A DNA stretch of 64,000 nt from Octopus sinensis (lineage: Eukaryota), in contig NC_043003.1 in assembly GCF_006345805.1 (NCBI RefSeq), positions 39,494,001 through 39,558,000 on the forward strand, written 5' to 3'. A program made the position numbers and the translations under genes. Every line of letters begins with the position of its first letter. Within the stretch, counting starts at the first letter, position 1. Below the pieces are notes generated by a model. That model saw only the letters and a list, made by a program, of their open reading frames with translations, had not been told where the DNA came from and ran no database searches. Shown here piece after piece: positions 14,159 to 26,385 of the stretch.

Positions 14159-14387
14159 TTAACCCTTTTGATACCAAATCACCTGAAACCGCCTCAGGCT
14201 CTGTAGTAAAATATCTTGTTTTCAAAAGTTCTGAATTAAAATCTTCCACCAAACCTTAGTCACAATTTATGTTCCTAACACTAGCTTAATGATAACTAAG
14301 TTATTTTACTAAATTCTTTGTTATATTTAAAATTAATTGAAAGAAACGCAGAGTGTCTCAACAGAAATATGGTAACAAAAGGGTTAA
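14159..14387. mobile_element. piggyBac-like MITE, second family
   Basis: ttaacccttttg ... caaaagggttaa termini. Confidence 0.7.
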
Positions 14388-14598
14388 TAAGTCCTCAAGT
14401 AACTGTCCACTAATGGTATGTGAACTAGTTCACATTGGCAAGGGGAGAAAAAAGTGGTTCACAAACTCTTTAACTAGAATACTAGGTTCTTAACACTTAC
14501 GATGACCCAAATGAACAACAGTAAAAGATATCACAGATAAATACGAGTACACTGTACATGAATGTGTAACCAAACCCCTTGATATAAGAATAACTTAC

Positions 14599-14841
14599 AT
14601 GTAGATACAGGTTGATAAACCAAGTGAGAGAATATTGGTACATGGGTTCAATATTGGCAAGTTCTGTAATACAAAAGAATAATATGGAAGAATGAACAGC
14701 CACAGGCCGGTAACCATTCCTTGTTTCATCAATCTCTTTCTCTGTTGCTACTGCAATAGCTTGCTTTGCTGATATCTCCTCTGCCAAAAGTTTTGATGAA
14801 GTTAAGACTTTATTTGCAGTTTCATCTTCTAGAATATTTCC
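14599..14841 (-). CDS. DNAH3: Dynein HC exon 15: GNILEDETANKVLTSSK...IEPMYQYSLTWFINLYLH
   Basis: cttag acceptor and gtaagt donor; GNILEDE and IEPMYQYSL.WF motifs; 243 nt, phase 0-0. Confidence 0.96.
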
Positions 14842-14965
14842 CTAAGTGTGAAAAAAAGAGCCAAAGACAAATTGTAAAGAACATTTCGAACAGAAAAAAG
14901 ATAATAAATTATAAAAATAAACTGTTCAAGGTGTGAAAGGATACTTAGTGTTTATAATAACATGC

Positions 14966-15150
14966 TTAACCCTTTAGCATTCAAATTAATTTATAAAATG
15001 TAATGCTTATTTATCTCTATTTTTTTTAAATTGATCATGCATTATCTTGAAGCTCCAAGATTTTGAAGATATGACTATTTATTTTTACAATGGCATTGTA
15101 GGGTAGGTGTGAGAGGTTTGATCTGGCCAGTTTAAATGCTAAAGGGTTAA
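14966..15150 (-). mobile_element. piggyBac-like MITE, same family as 13541-13767, inverted
   Basis: ttaaccctttagcattc ... aaatgctaaagggttaa; the left end matches the reverse complement of the right end of 13541-13767. Confidence 0.7.
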
Positions 15151-15186
15151 AACTTACATATCATTTCTGAAAAAATGAACACTATT

Positions 15187-15228
<42 letters not shown>

Positions 15229-16410
15229 TTAGATTCAGATGAATATGGTACTTAGGTTGAAGCACCAGAATTTAGTACGGTATTATCCAAACAATTTCAA
15301 AATAAGGTGATTAAAATCCAAATAAGCAACTAGGATATTCAGAGGTAATGCAGTATGATCGTTTCATGCGACTCCATTTAAATGAAGTTTTAATATATAT
15401 ATATTTGATATATATATATATAAATAATACATGTCATCCACAAAGGTTTTTAAATGAAAGAACGCAAGAATAGGCATTTCTTTTAAATTTTCATTTCATA
15501 TTTCAAAAAATATTCAGACAGTGGATATTCAAAAGAAAATCCTGCTCAGTTTACCAGCTATGATCAGAAAGGAGTAAATCTTGAGAACTAGAAATCAAAG
15601 CCTTTCAGTTACAATGTATTGAAGAATACTCAGCATTTGTATTGAGACTTACAGTTCTTTGCTTCTGATGAATCAACATGTGTATGTGTGTGTGTGTGTG
15701 TGTGTGTTCCCATGTGTCTGTGTGTGTGTGAGTGTATGTGTGAATTATATATATATATTTATATGTATGTGTGTATATACATATTTCGTTTTGGGATTTG
15801 GTTTGCAAGATTCTTTATGTGAATTTGTGTGCTGAAGCATATTTTGTTGTGTCTGGGGAGAGTCATTTTCTTTTTGTGCCTTATAATTTAACACACTCAC
15901 CGGTAAAATTTCCACTTATTTCTTATTTTTATTTTCCTAAAATTTTCGTTGCATCTTGCAACCTTTTCAATAGTGTAAAAGACTATTGAAAAGGTTGCAA
16001 GACACAACGAAAAGTGGAAATTTACTAGTGAGTGTGTTAAATTATAAGGCAGAAAAAGAAAATAACTCATCGAAGGCCAGTCAGGCGGAACTGGCAACAG
16101 CCATGCTCAAATCATGTTTTTTATGTGTCACCTGTACAGGAGCCAGTCCAGCAGTACTAGCACCGACCTTGCTTGAATATTTTTCTCATGCCACTCGTAC
16201 AAGTGCCAGTAAGGTGACACTGGTAACGATGATGCTCAAATAGTACTTTTTATGTGTCACTGGCACAGCAGCCAGTCAGCTGCCCTGGCAATGATCACGC
16301 TCAAATACACATGTATATTACAACTTTATACATTAAATGTACTCTCTCACACACATAAAACATGTATACAAACACACACAAAATGTATGTACACAGATAC
16401 TGTGTGTATT

Positions 16411-16449
<39 letters not shown>

Positions 16450-17951
16450 CATATTCATACACACATGTACATACATATACACACACACACACACTCGCAC
16501 AAATGGTATTGGTATGGGGAAAATGGTTGAATTAAATTTATTTCAAATGGCAAAGTTGAGAATCAGAATAGAGATTGTTTAAACAAGATATCAAAAATTC
16601 TACCCATAACAGACAGTCACAGGATGAATCAAAACACACATCATACTGAATAAAGTCTTCCACCAAATCTATTTTTAACCTCCTTCATCAATTATTATTA
16701 TCTCAGCTAAGACTGCGGAAATCCTGGAGTAGATCCAGTGGAAATATACCCTAACTGTAGATGACACCAGATGGCTCAAACTGTGAATGCACTTTACTTA
16801 ACACACTAATTGACATATACCCATTAGTCCAAAAAATTACATACAAATATGTGTGTGTGTATGTGTGTATAATGAGTATATAGTAATAAATTATCCAAGA
16901 GTGTACTGTACGAGCATGCAGTTATAATCTGGGTTCAGGCTAAAAGCATCGAGTCGTAAGGAGCACTTAGGATAACTTAGGGTGAGCAATACCCAATGTA
17001 ATTTTTCCAATGGGTAAATCTTGGATTTGCTTCTCTGGATTATGAATATTTTCAAGAGTGTAAATCCAAGACAAGTACAATGAATATGGGGATTAGTACA
17101 TCTGTATATTTTAAAATAATTTTTGCAGTCAATTATACAGCATATTTGGTTACAAAATGACTGAAATATGTTTTTGCTGCATAGGGAATAAGTAATTGCA
17201 TCTGCTTCTAGCTACTTTCAGCTATGCAATTTTATACATCACAGATAAGTGAGGGATAATTTAGTATCCTCCACACAGATACGAGGTGTCTGAGTTTACA
17301 CGGTAAAAGTCAGAATAATATTTAGTTTAACTTTTGACTAGCAATCAATATTCTCATTAAATCAAACCATCTTGTATCAACGTATATAGGATACACAAAC
17401 TGCAAATAATCTAAAACTCCATTATGCAGAAGAAATTCTTCATACCACATATTCTTTTATTCCTTTACTTGTCTCAGTCATCTGACTGTGGCCATGCTAG
17501 AGCACCGCCTTAAAGGGTTTTAGTCAAAGAAATTAAGCCTAGTACTTATTCTATCAGCCTTGTTTGCTGAACTGCTAAGTTATGGGGACATAAACTGACC
17601 AGCGCCAGTTGTCAAGTGATGGCGAGGAGACAAACACAGACACATACACTTAAATACACAAACACACACACACTCACACAACAGGCATCTTCCACTTTCC
17701 ATCTATCAAATCCACTCACAAGGCTTTGGTCAGCCTGCAGCTATATAGTAAAAGACATTTGCCTAAGGTAACATGCAGTGGGACTGAACCTGGTACCATG
17801 TAGTTGGGAAGCAAACTTCTTACCACACAGCCACACCTGTACCATATATTTAATTAAATGTAATAAAATTTAATTTGATTGATGATCACCATCATTACTT
17901 AGTGGCTAGCTGTTGTATAAAACATTGAAAGATCATACACTCATAATCCAA

Positions 17952-18370
17952 CTAAAAATACACTTTGACCTACTTAAAGATCAAGGACTCTAATTTCTTG
18001 CTTAAATCTAAGGTCAGTGTGAGCTCAATCATATTTTTCTCTCAAAAGCCACACACAGTCTGCTTTGGACCACATCTGTAGAGAGATGTTGAATAAAGTT
18101 GCAAAGGCAAAAATAGCTGCATACGAATGCAATAGGTAGTTCTCTATGCTGCAGAAGCACGTGTCTATCTGCAGCATAGAGAACTAGCTACTGCATTCGT
18201 ATGCAGCTATTTTTGCCTATGCAACTTTATTCAACATCTCTCTACAGATGTGGTCCAAAGCAGACTGTGTGTGGCTTTTGAGAGAAAAATATGATTGAGC
18301 TCACACTGACCTTAGATTTAAGCAAGAAATTAGAGTCCTTGATCTTTAAGTAGGCCAAAGTGTATTTTAG
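17952..18370. repeat. About 419-bp palindrome with a 12-nt loop
   Basis: Arms of about 204 bp with about 5 differences; loop agcacgtgtcta at 18156-18167. Confidence 0.95.
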
Positions 18371-18429
18371 AACATGGTTGAGTCCATAAAATGGGATTTG
18401 ACTACACCTCCATTTGGAGCACAGTTTAA

Positions 18430-18720
18430 GCTATCTTTTCGTGGAAGAAGATTTATTTTCCTATAACCTGTGTTAATTCTGTAACCCTTTAAAATGGAAG
18501 ATAAGAAAGCTCATTTTTGGCATTTGATGCTTTGGGAACCAGACAAAACTTGCTGCAGCTCGGCTGGGATGTGTTACCCTACCCTCCATATTCACCAGAT
18601 ATTGCTCCTTCGGATTTCCACTTATTCAGGTCACTGCAGAATAGTCTTAATGGTAAAATTTCAATTCCTTAGATGGCATAAAAAGATACCTTGATGAATT
18701 CTTTGCCATGAAACCACCTC
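18430..18720 (+). mobile_element. Internally deleted mariner remnant
   Basis: Start MEDKKAHFWHLML joined to PYSPDIAPSDFHLFRSLQNSLNG in another frame. Confidence 0.75.
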
Positions 18721-19171
18721 AATTCTGGGAATTGATATTATCATTATTATCGCTGTTTTCCCCTGTGATGGGGATGGGGGTGTCGTTCTCATTGACAGAG
18801 CTACCATTATTCATGTCTATGCCAGTGTGTCTGTCAGGGGCGGTGCTGCTTCTGTTGGTGCTGTGGCTGATATAGTTTGGTCTGACACTGCTGGAATGAG
18901 AGCTATCAGTTGGTATGTTGTCCTGTCTACTATTTATAAAGTTGGTGTTGGAGGCAACACCACTTTTGTTAATGCTAGTGATAGTGACGGTGCCATCAGG
19001 GATGTAGTGGGAACTGTTAATGTTGCTTTTGTTAATATCGGTAAGGCTGTTCGCTGTGATGGAGGTGGGGATGGTGGTAGTGATGTTGGCTCTGTTGTTG
19101 GTCCTGCCTTTGTGTCTACAGCTACTATGACTGCTATGGTTCCTGCCGATGGAACTGGCCAGGTTCGCCCA

Positions 19172-19492
19172 TATCTCAGCCTTATAGATGACACCTTTGG
19201 TTTGGCAGCGGTCTTCTACTGAGCAACTGTTGTGGATCCTGCATGAACAACCTGCCTTTTCCCATTGCTTACGGGTACTAACTAAGATACTCTTAATGTT
19301 AGGGGCACAGCTAAACAAGACCCTAACATTGTGCTTGTTGAAAATGGGAGCATACTTATGGGAGTTAGTAAAGTGTTTGTCTATTAACTTAAGGGAAAAT
19401 CTACCCACGAACATTATAGTGTTAAGGGAGAAGGGTTTAGGCAAACCAAATTGTATTCCTGTGGTGTTTCCTTCTGCAGTTGTTGGGTCCTG
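19172..19492 (-). mobile_element. Penelope-like element ORF fragment (RT thumb/linker leading into the GIY-YIG domain)
   Basis: RRKHHRNTIWF (frameshift) PFSLN...GRFSLKLIDKHF...IFNKHNVRVLFSCAPNIKSI...CSCR...C...CQTKGVIYKAEI resembles the recalled PLE linker (NIIWFNPPFS..., LIDKHF, VSYSCMPN, CNCR, VIYKA). Confidence 0.75.
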
Positions 19493-19750
19493 TCAGAACT
19501 GAGGAAGGTTATTGTAAAGGATGCATTTCCTATTATATATTATGTAAACCTGAAACGTTCATATTAAATGATTTCAAAATATCATTATTTGATTTGTTTG
19601 ATTTCATTATTACAATTTATGTATTAGGAGCCAGTCTAGCTGGTCTAGACTCCACTTATCTTAATACTCTAACAAAAATTTGGAGTAGTTCATTATATTT
19701 AACAGGAGTCAAAAATTCTGGTACCATGCACTTCTTTGGTATAACATGAA

Positions 19751-19786
<36 letters not shown>

Positions 19787-20201
19787 TTATTCCAAAACTG
19801 CAAGTGGACTGTTGGTGATTTTTTCCTCCGTCATCCTTTTCTTTTGGACTTTCCTATGTCTCCTGTTTCTGAAGCAGAGCTATGCTTGAAACATAGAACA
19901 ACTACTCTTTCTTTCCTTCTCTGAGCATCTTATTAATACTTTGCATGTACCATGTCCTCACATTGTTGTTTGTTTCTTGTCTGTCTTTTTTACTCCGATT
20001 TTTATTAATTATATATATAGATATATATATTTTTTTATACACACACACAAACACATACACACACACACAGACATTGGTCAACCAGGGGCTACAGTGAAAG
20101 ATATTTACCCAAGGTACTACACTGCATGCTTGAAACCAAAAACCATGTGGTTGCAAAGCAGGCTTCTTAACCACACAGCCATGCATGCACCTTTGCGTGC
20201 T

Positions 20202-20234
<33 letters not shown>

Positions 20235-20747
20235 CTGTCCATCTGTGTCAGTGTGTATATGTGTGTGCATGCATGTGTGCATTCATGCATATGCATCTGT
20301 TGTGTGTGTGTGTGCATGCTTGTGTGTACATGTATGTGTGTATGGGTGTGTGTGTGTGTGCGAGTATCTAGATGAACAGATTTTAGATCATTAACCCTTT
20401 CCACGGGAGATTGGAAACAAATGAAGCTCCTTGTATGATGGTGATGCTTGCTTACAAATAATTGATTTGTACAATGACAATGGATATTGCAATAAAGTAA
20501 TTTGGAGAGCAGAATAAAGCTGGTAGTGTGAAGATGAGAATGATGATGATGATGCTGATGCTGATGATGATGAGGATGATGACGATGACAATGATGATGA
20601 AGATGATGATGATAAAGATGATGATGATAATAACGATGACGACAATGATGATGATGATGATGATGATGATGCTGACGACAACGAGGATAATGAGAAGTAG
20701 GATGGTTATCATGGGAAATGATGAGTGAGAAAGATTTCAACTCTGAC

Positions 20748-20933
20748 CTCTGATGCAGTCAGCACTTCAAGAATTTTGTCTTCTATCTCTTTCAGCAGTC
20801 TTTTGTTCTCAGATCCCTGCACAATCAGCTCGTTCTTCTTCTCCTCTAATTTTGGTTTTTCCTTTGCTGCCACAATACCCAATAGCTGGTCTTGTAGTCC
20901 TTGTGGTGTGATCATAAAGTTTAGCATGCATAC
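20748..20933 (-). CDS. DNAH3: Dynein HC exon 14: VCMLNFMITPQGLQDQLLGIVAAKEKPKLEEKKNELI...KILEVLTASE
   Basis: ttacag acceptor and gtcaga donor; LNFMITP.GLQDQLLGIV motif. Confidence 0.96.
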
Positions 20934-21404
20934 CTGTAAGAAATAGCATTGGATTATTACCATGTAACAATATACATGCATGGATACACCTTTACATACA
21001 AATACATATATACACAATAGGTGCAGGAGTGGCTGTGTGGTAAGTAGCTTGATTACTAACCACATGGTTCTGGGTTCAGTCCTACTTCATGACACCTTGG
21101 GCAAGTGTCATCTATTATAGCATCAGGCCATCCAAAGCCTTGTGAGTAGATTTGGCAGACAGAAACTGTAAAGAAGCCTGTCGTATTTATATGCATATGT
21201 GTATGTCTGTGTGTCTGTTTGTTCCCCCACCATTGCTTTACAACTGATGCTGGTGTGTTTATGTCTCTGTAACTTAGCAGTTCAGCAAAAGAGACCGAGA
21301 GAATAAGCACTAGGTTTACAAAGAATAAATCCTGGGATCAGTTTGTTCGACTAAAGGTGGTGCTCCAGCAAGGCTGCAGTCAATAAATAAAAGAATATAT
21401 ATAC

Positions 21405-22185
21405 ATGGTCTGATCAATAAGTATCCCAACGGTTGCCATAGTAAGCACATGGAGTGAAGTCACTTGGTACAGATTGACCTTAGACTCTGCAGTTCATGCA
21501 CACTGAGTTTTAACATTCCAGCTTAGGTCCGCTGTTTACAGCAGTGCTTAGAAGGAATGTGTGTTGTGTGTGATCATTGCATTGACCATGACAGAGAAAG
21601 TTGAGCAGAGAATCTGCATTAAATTATGCCAAAAGCTTGGTGATACCTACTCAGAGGCCTATGCAAAGTTTTCAAAAAGTTTTCATCGTTCTTGATGCAA
21701 TCAAGATCTTGTGCTATTGAAACCCTGAGTGTCTTTTTGATCAGCTGAAAGCAGTTTTGGCACAAAACTTGGCAGATATGCGTCTCATACCAAAATCTTC
21801 AGTGATAATGAACTGAACTGTAACTAATCTGCACATCCTCTGATAACACATGGATGGTGATTCAATGATCTCTCCTCACAGCTGCATGCACATTTGCAAT
21901 GTTTTTCTTAGTTCTGCTGGTTGCAGGTATCCTAGGATGTTTGTCAATATCAACATTCTTTTGGCCATCTTGGAAACGTCTGAACCACTTGTACACTTGT
22001 GTGTGACTCATATACTCCTCTCCATACACTTTCTGGAACTTTTCATAGGCCTCTGAGCAGGTGTCGCCATAACAACTTTCTCTGTCATGGTCAATGCGAC
22101 AATCACACGCTATACACCTTCCTTTCAAGCACTTCTGTAAACAGCAGAAATGAGCTAGAATGTTAAACCTTAGTGAAGGGTACTA
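21405..22185. mobile_element. Rearranged mariner carrying two inverted copies of the transposase 5' region
   Basis: Plus-strand MTEKVEQRICIKLCQKLGDTYSEAY near 21590 and minus-strand GDTCSEAYEKFQKVYGEE..SHTQVYKWFRRF at 21862-22128; the arms are reverse complements. Confidence 0.75.
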
Positions 22186-23614
22186 GTTAGCACCAACATA
22201 GCAAGAAATAAGCGTCAAAACAACTCATATCCATATGTTAATGCTTGTATTACTAAGGGCTTAACTACTGAACTTTGTATCTTTGACCTTTACATTATCG
22301 AAACAAAAGGATTAAATCCAATAATATTAAAAATAACAAAAATACTGTCACATCTTGTACATACTAACAAAAGAGAAAAGCTATACACATGTATTCAAAG
22401 TTCTACATACATGAATAAATTCTAAATAATAAAAAATTTCTCCAAAACACCTTTCCATAACAATCAAATAAAAATCTAATTATTACCCCTCTCAAACCCA
22501 CACACCTAAGATGATTTTAACTCAACAGAGACTATATAAAGGCAAGACTAAACCTGATGCATCACTGTCTAACAATGACTTAGCAGACAAAAACTTCGAA
22601 GTCTCTGTCAATAACATTCTTGTATAAGAATAATAAATATATATACACACACAGACACACACACACATACATACACACAGAAATAGAAAGAGAGGTGGCG
22701 AGCTGGCAGAAACGTTAGCAAAGGCAGCGAGCTGGCAGAAACGTTAGCAAAGGCAGCGAGCTGGCAGAATCGTTAGCACGCCGGGTGAAATGCTTAGCAG
22801 TATTTCGTCAGCCGTTACATTCTGAGTTCAAATTCCGCTGAGGTTGACTTTGCCTTTCATCCTTTCAGGGTCGATAAAATAAGTACCAGTTATGCACTGG
22901 GGTTGATATAATCGACTTAATCTATTTGTCTGTCCTTGTTTGCCCCCTCTGTGTGTAGCCCCTTGTGGACAGTAAAGAAATAAGAAATAGAAAGAGAGAG
23001 AGAAACAGACACAGAATTTAAGATGAAAGGATGGATAGATATGAATTAAAATATTGTTAAAGATTGTGAAATTAATCATCATCAGCATCATCATCATTTG
23101 ACATCCGTTTTCCATGCAGGAATGGGTTGAACAGTTTGACATACATAGAGCAGGCTAGCAGGGAGCCGTCCAGACTCCAACTGTCTGTTGTGGCATGGTT
23201 TCTATGGCTGGATGCCCTTCCTAACGCCAATCACTTAGCAGAATGCATTAGGTGCCTTTTACATGCCACTGGCACAGATGCATTTACGTAGCACTGGCAC
23301 AGGCATGTTAATGCAGCACTGACATAGCACTTTTTAAGCGACATCAGCACTTAGGGCTGTATGTGTAGAAGACAGTGATTTTTACCTAGCTTGACACATC
23401 TTATCAAGTACAACAAATCACCACATCTCCCAGTCGATTGTCATATCCTCAATGAGGCCCAGTGTCAGAAGATCCTTTCTTACTACTTAGTCCCATGTCT
23501 TCCCGGGTCTACCTCTTTCACAAGTACCCTCCACAATTAGTGCTTGGCACTTCTAAAAGACAAACAAATGCCAAGGGAATAGAAGGAAACCAATAAAAGC
23601 AATAGACAAATTAC

Positions 23615-23922
23615 CTTGACAGAAATTTCCGGCAAATAATGTGGGTTCCTTAGCCGTGTCGTAATATAGAGGCGGAAGTACGGCGAGTACTCAATCAGGT
23701 TGTCTCCAAGGCGCATGTACTCCACACCTTGTTGTTTGAAGGTTGATTTTTGTAGCACTGGCTCGAGCAGAGGATCAAGCTCTTCACCAACGTTCTCCAG
23801 CAACAGAGGTAACCCAAACTGGATGCAGTTCTCCAATGCGCGCACATAGTTACTGTCAGACAACTTGATGACAGCCAGTTTGTTGGCTTTCTCCATGTTT
23901 TTTATCCACTTATTAGCTTGTC
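23615..23922 (-). CDS. DNAH3: Dynein HC exon 13: QANKWIKNMEK...LLLENVGEELDP.LEPVL...RLRNPHYLPEISVK, AAA5
   Basis: ttcag acceptor and gtaatt donor; canonical AAA5 motifs. Confidence 0.97.
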
Positions 23923-24107
23923 CTGAAAGTGAATCAAGTACAACCAAGCACATCAATGCAATAATATAGCATAAAAGACACACAAAGAAAAACACATGTG
24001 TAATGTAAAATAACCCTTCAGTTTCAAAAAGGGGATGTTGGTGTTTAGCCCTAGATTCATTAAATGAAGTAGATAAAAAACCTCTTTCTTTCTGGATAGA
24101 ATACTAA

Positions 24108-24499
24108 TCTATATATATATAAAGCTGAAGTTGTCTGTGTGTGGCAGGTTTGGTAGCCTTCAACTAACACTATTGCCTTCAAAACCCTACAGCGCAAGTT
24201 GACCAAAATTGAGAGTATGATAGAAGAAGGCTTGCTCTTCATTCCGTAGAAGAAAAAGTTCAAATCGGACCATGTTAACACCAAAAATTATTTACATCAA
24301 AAAGGTGCTATTTTTCTATGAAAATCCCTATTTTTTATGATTTTTTGACTGCTGTGTCACCATTTTTCGGTGTATTTCAACCAGAAAAATGTTCATTTAA
24401 AGAGAATAACAAGTTACATAAAGCAAAATTTTTACTTTTCAAAAATTCCAATTCTAAAGGGTCAAAACAAACCCGAGCAACGCCGGGCGATACTGCTAG
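24108..24499 (+). mobile_element. Non-autonomous Helitron, 392 bp
   Basis: 5' TC after host A, 3' CTAG before host T, subterminal GC hairpin cccg-agcaacgc-cggg at 24472-24487, no TSD. Confidence 0.8.
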
Positions 24500-25120
24500 T
24501 ATATAATATAATCGTAATATCATGCACAAAATACCTATTTAACAGTTCAAGCTGAACAGTAACCATATCAAACCTCATTAGTCAATGGGCAACAGAAAAA
24601 AGAAAAAGCACACTGTCCTTTCTCACGCATTCTTCAGGTAGGGTTGTTTTAAGTCATTTAGACAGATTTATTCAAATTGGACCACTCACCAAGAGAGGAC
24701 TCTGCACACACACTCAAGCAGAGGACATATGATGAATTTTTAGTATATCATTGGGGCAAATGACGAAGCCTCAAATCCTTGATGCTTTTTGGCTGGAATT
24801 GGCATACTTCATGAGACATAAAACATCAATTTTCAGCATTTGTAGAGTAGAGGACCTCACTAACAATTCTTTAATTGGGCCCTGCACATCCTAGCATCTG
24901 GCCCTGCTTCAGATTACATAATTACAAAAAAAGAAAACCAGTATAGGTGGACCAATCTAACACTATTCTAACAACTGTAGCCTGAAATTTAAAGGAATTA
25001 CAAAGTACTAGTTAGACAAGTGATTGACATGCCTGCCCTCATCTAACCAGCTCAGTGTGATAAAGCAATAAGCATCTGCTCCTTTATGTGACTAGGGGCA
25101 TTACATAAGATCCAACATAC

Positions 25121-25322
25121 CTTGTGGATCAATCATAAGAGGCCATCTTCGTGACTTAGAGGTGATAATAGCATTATCAATACTGAAGTTATCTGCAGGA
25201 AGCCCTGCTATCTGCCACTCGCGAATCTTCACCTGGTCACCAAGACAGGTATTGAAGGAAAAGTCTGGGGAACAAGGAATATTTTTCTCTTGACACAGTT
25301 CCACCCACTCTTTTATGATAGT
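25121..25322 (-). CDS. DNAH3: Dynein HC exon 12: TIIKEWVELCQEK...IREWQIAGLPADNFSIDNAII...RRWPLMIDPQ(G), AAA5
   Basis: tgcag acceptor and gtatgt donor; W.IAGLP.D.FSIDN and RWPLMIDPQG motifs. Confidence 0.96.
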
Positions 25323-25872
25323 CTGCAAAATAAAAGCATGTTGCATATATGTAACAAACAAACTACAGATGTCTGACATACTGTTGATATTGCTATAAAA
25401 AAATAAATGCGCCCTTTTTAAAGCCTAGCCAGATTCATGGGCCTGGTTTCCCGGTTTCTATGGCATATGTGTTCCCTAGCTGGACGAGACGCCAGTCCAT
25501 CGCAGCGTTACTCATTTTTTCCAGCTGAGTGGACTGGAGCAACATAAGATGAAGTGTTTTGCTCAAGAACACAACGCATCGCCAGGGTCCAGGAATCGAA
25601 ACCACAATCTTACGATCATGGTGCTGACACCCTAACCACTAAGCCATGCGCCTCCACTGATATTGTTATAGTGTAACATTAATGATTGTCTACAAAATAA
25701 AAGAATGTTGCAAACATGTATCATACAAACTAAAGACTTTTGACACACTGCTGACGTTACAGTGTAATGCATACAACAGATAGAAGTTAATCTGTACCAC
25801 ACAATGTAGATATGTTTATAGTGTAACACATTCTCTCTTTTGAGTTGCAGTGTAACGCACATGAAAAATATA

Positions 25873-26385
25873 CTGTAAATCCTTGAGTATAATCCGCATT
25901 TTTTCCCCAAAATTTAAAGGTCAAAATCCCTAGTGCGTACTATATACGAGGTTAAAAATGAAAATTATTTTCTAAACGATGTCCGAGACTCTATTTGCTG
26001 TCCGGCAATGTTTATTCAGACGCATTTTGTGACATCGGGCGCAAAAATACCTTAAGCTAAGCCTGAAAGCAATGAAGTCATAAAAGAATCATCCATAACT
26101 TGCAGTAAGCAACATTTATTAAACGTTATTACTGTTATTTCTTTATTTTCTGCAAACAAAATGCACAAAAATGCTACACGTTTGCATTATGTTATATATA
26201 CAATAATAATAAAGGACATTACCATATATATTTTTTCACAAACCAAGGACGTTATCTAGACCTCCTTGACTCAAGTTAGAGAAGGGGTGTGTATTATACA
26301 CAAGGTTTAGGTTTTCCAGAGGTACAGCCCCCAAAAATCCCCTGCGTATTATACTCAAAGGTGGACTATACTCGAGGATTTACAG
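25873..26385 (-). mobile_element. pogo/Tigger-like MITE, about 510 bp (copy 2, inverted relative to copy 1)
   Basis: TA target duplication on both sides; TIRs ctgtaaatccttgagtata / tatactcgaggatttacag. Confidence 0.8.

Noticed and set aside
18719-19444. 241-aa ORF as a nested host gene
   Set aside because: The N-terminal third is a Penelope-like fragment entered through a frameshift; the rest is T/S/N-rich low-complexity sequence with no recognisable domain.
22695-22785. 29-bp unit repeated three times, superficially array-like
   Set aside because: Tandem slippage duplication of a SINE head with no unique spacers; not CRISPR-like, and the DNA is eukaryotic.
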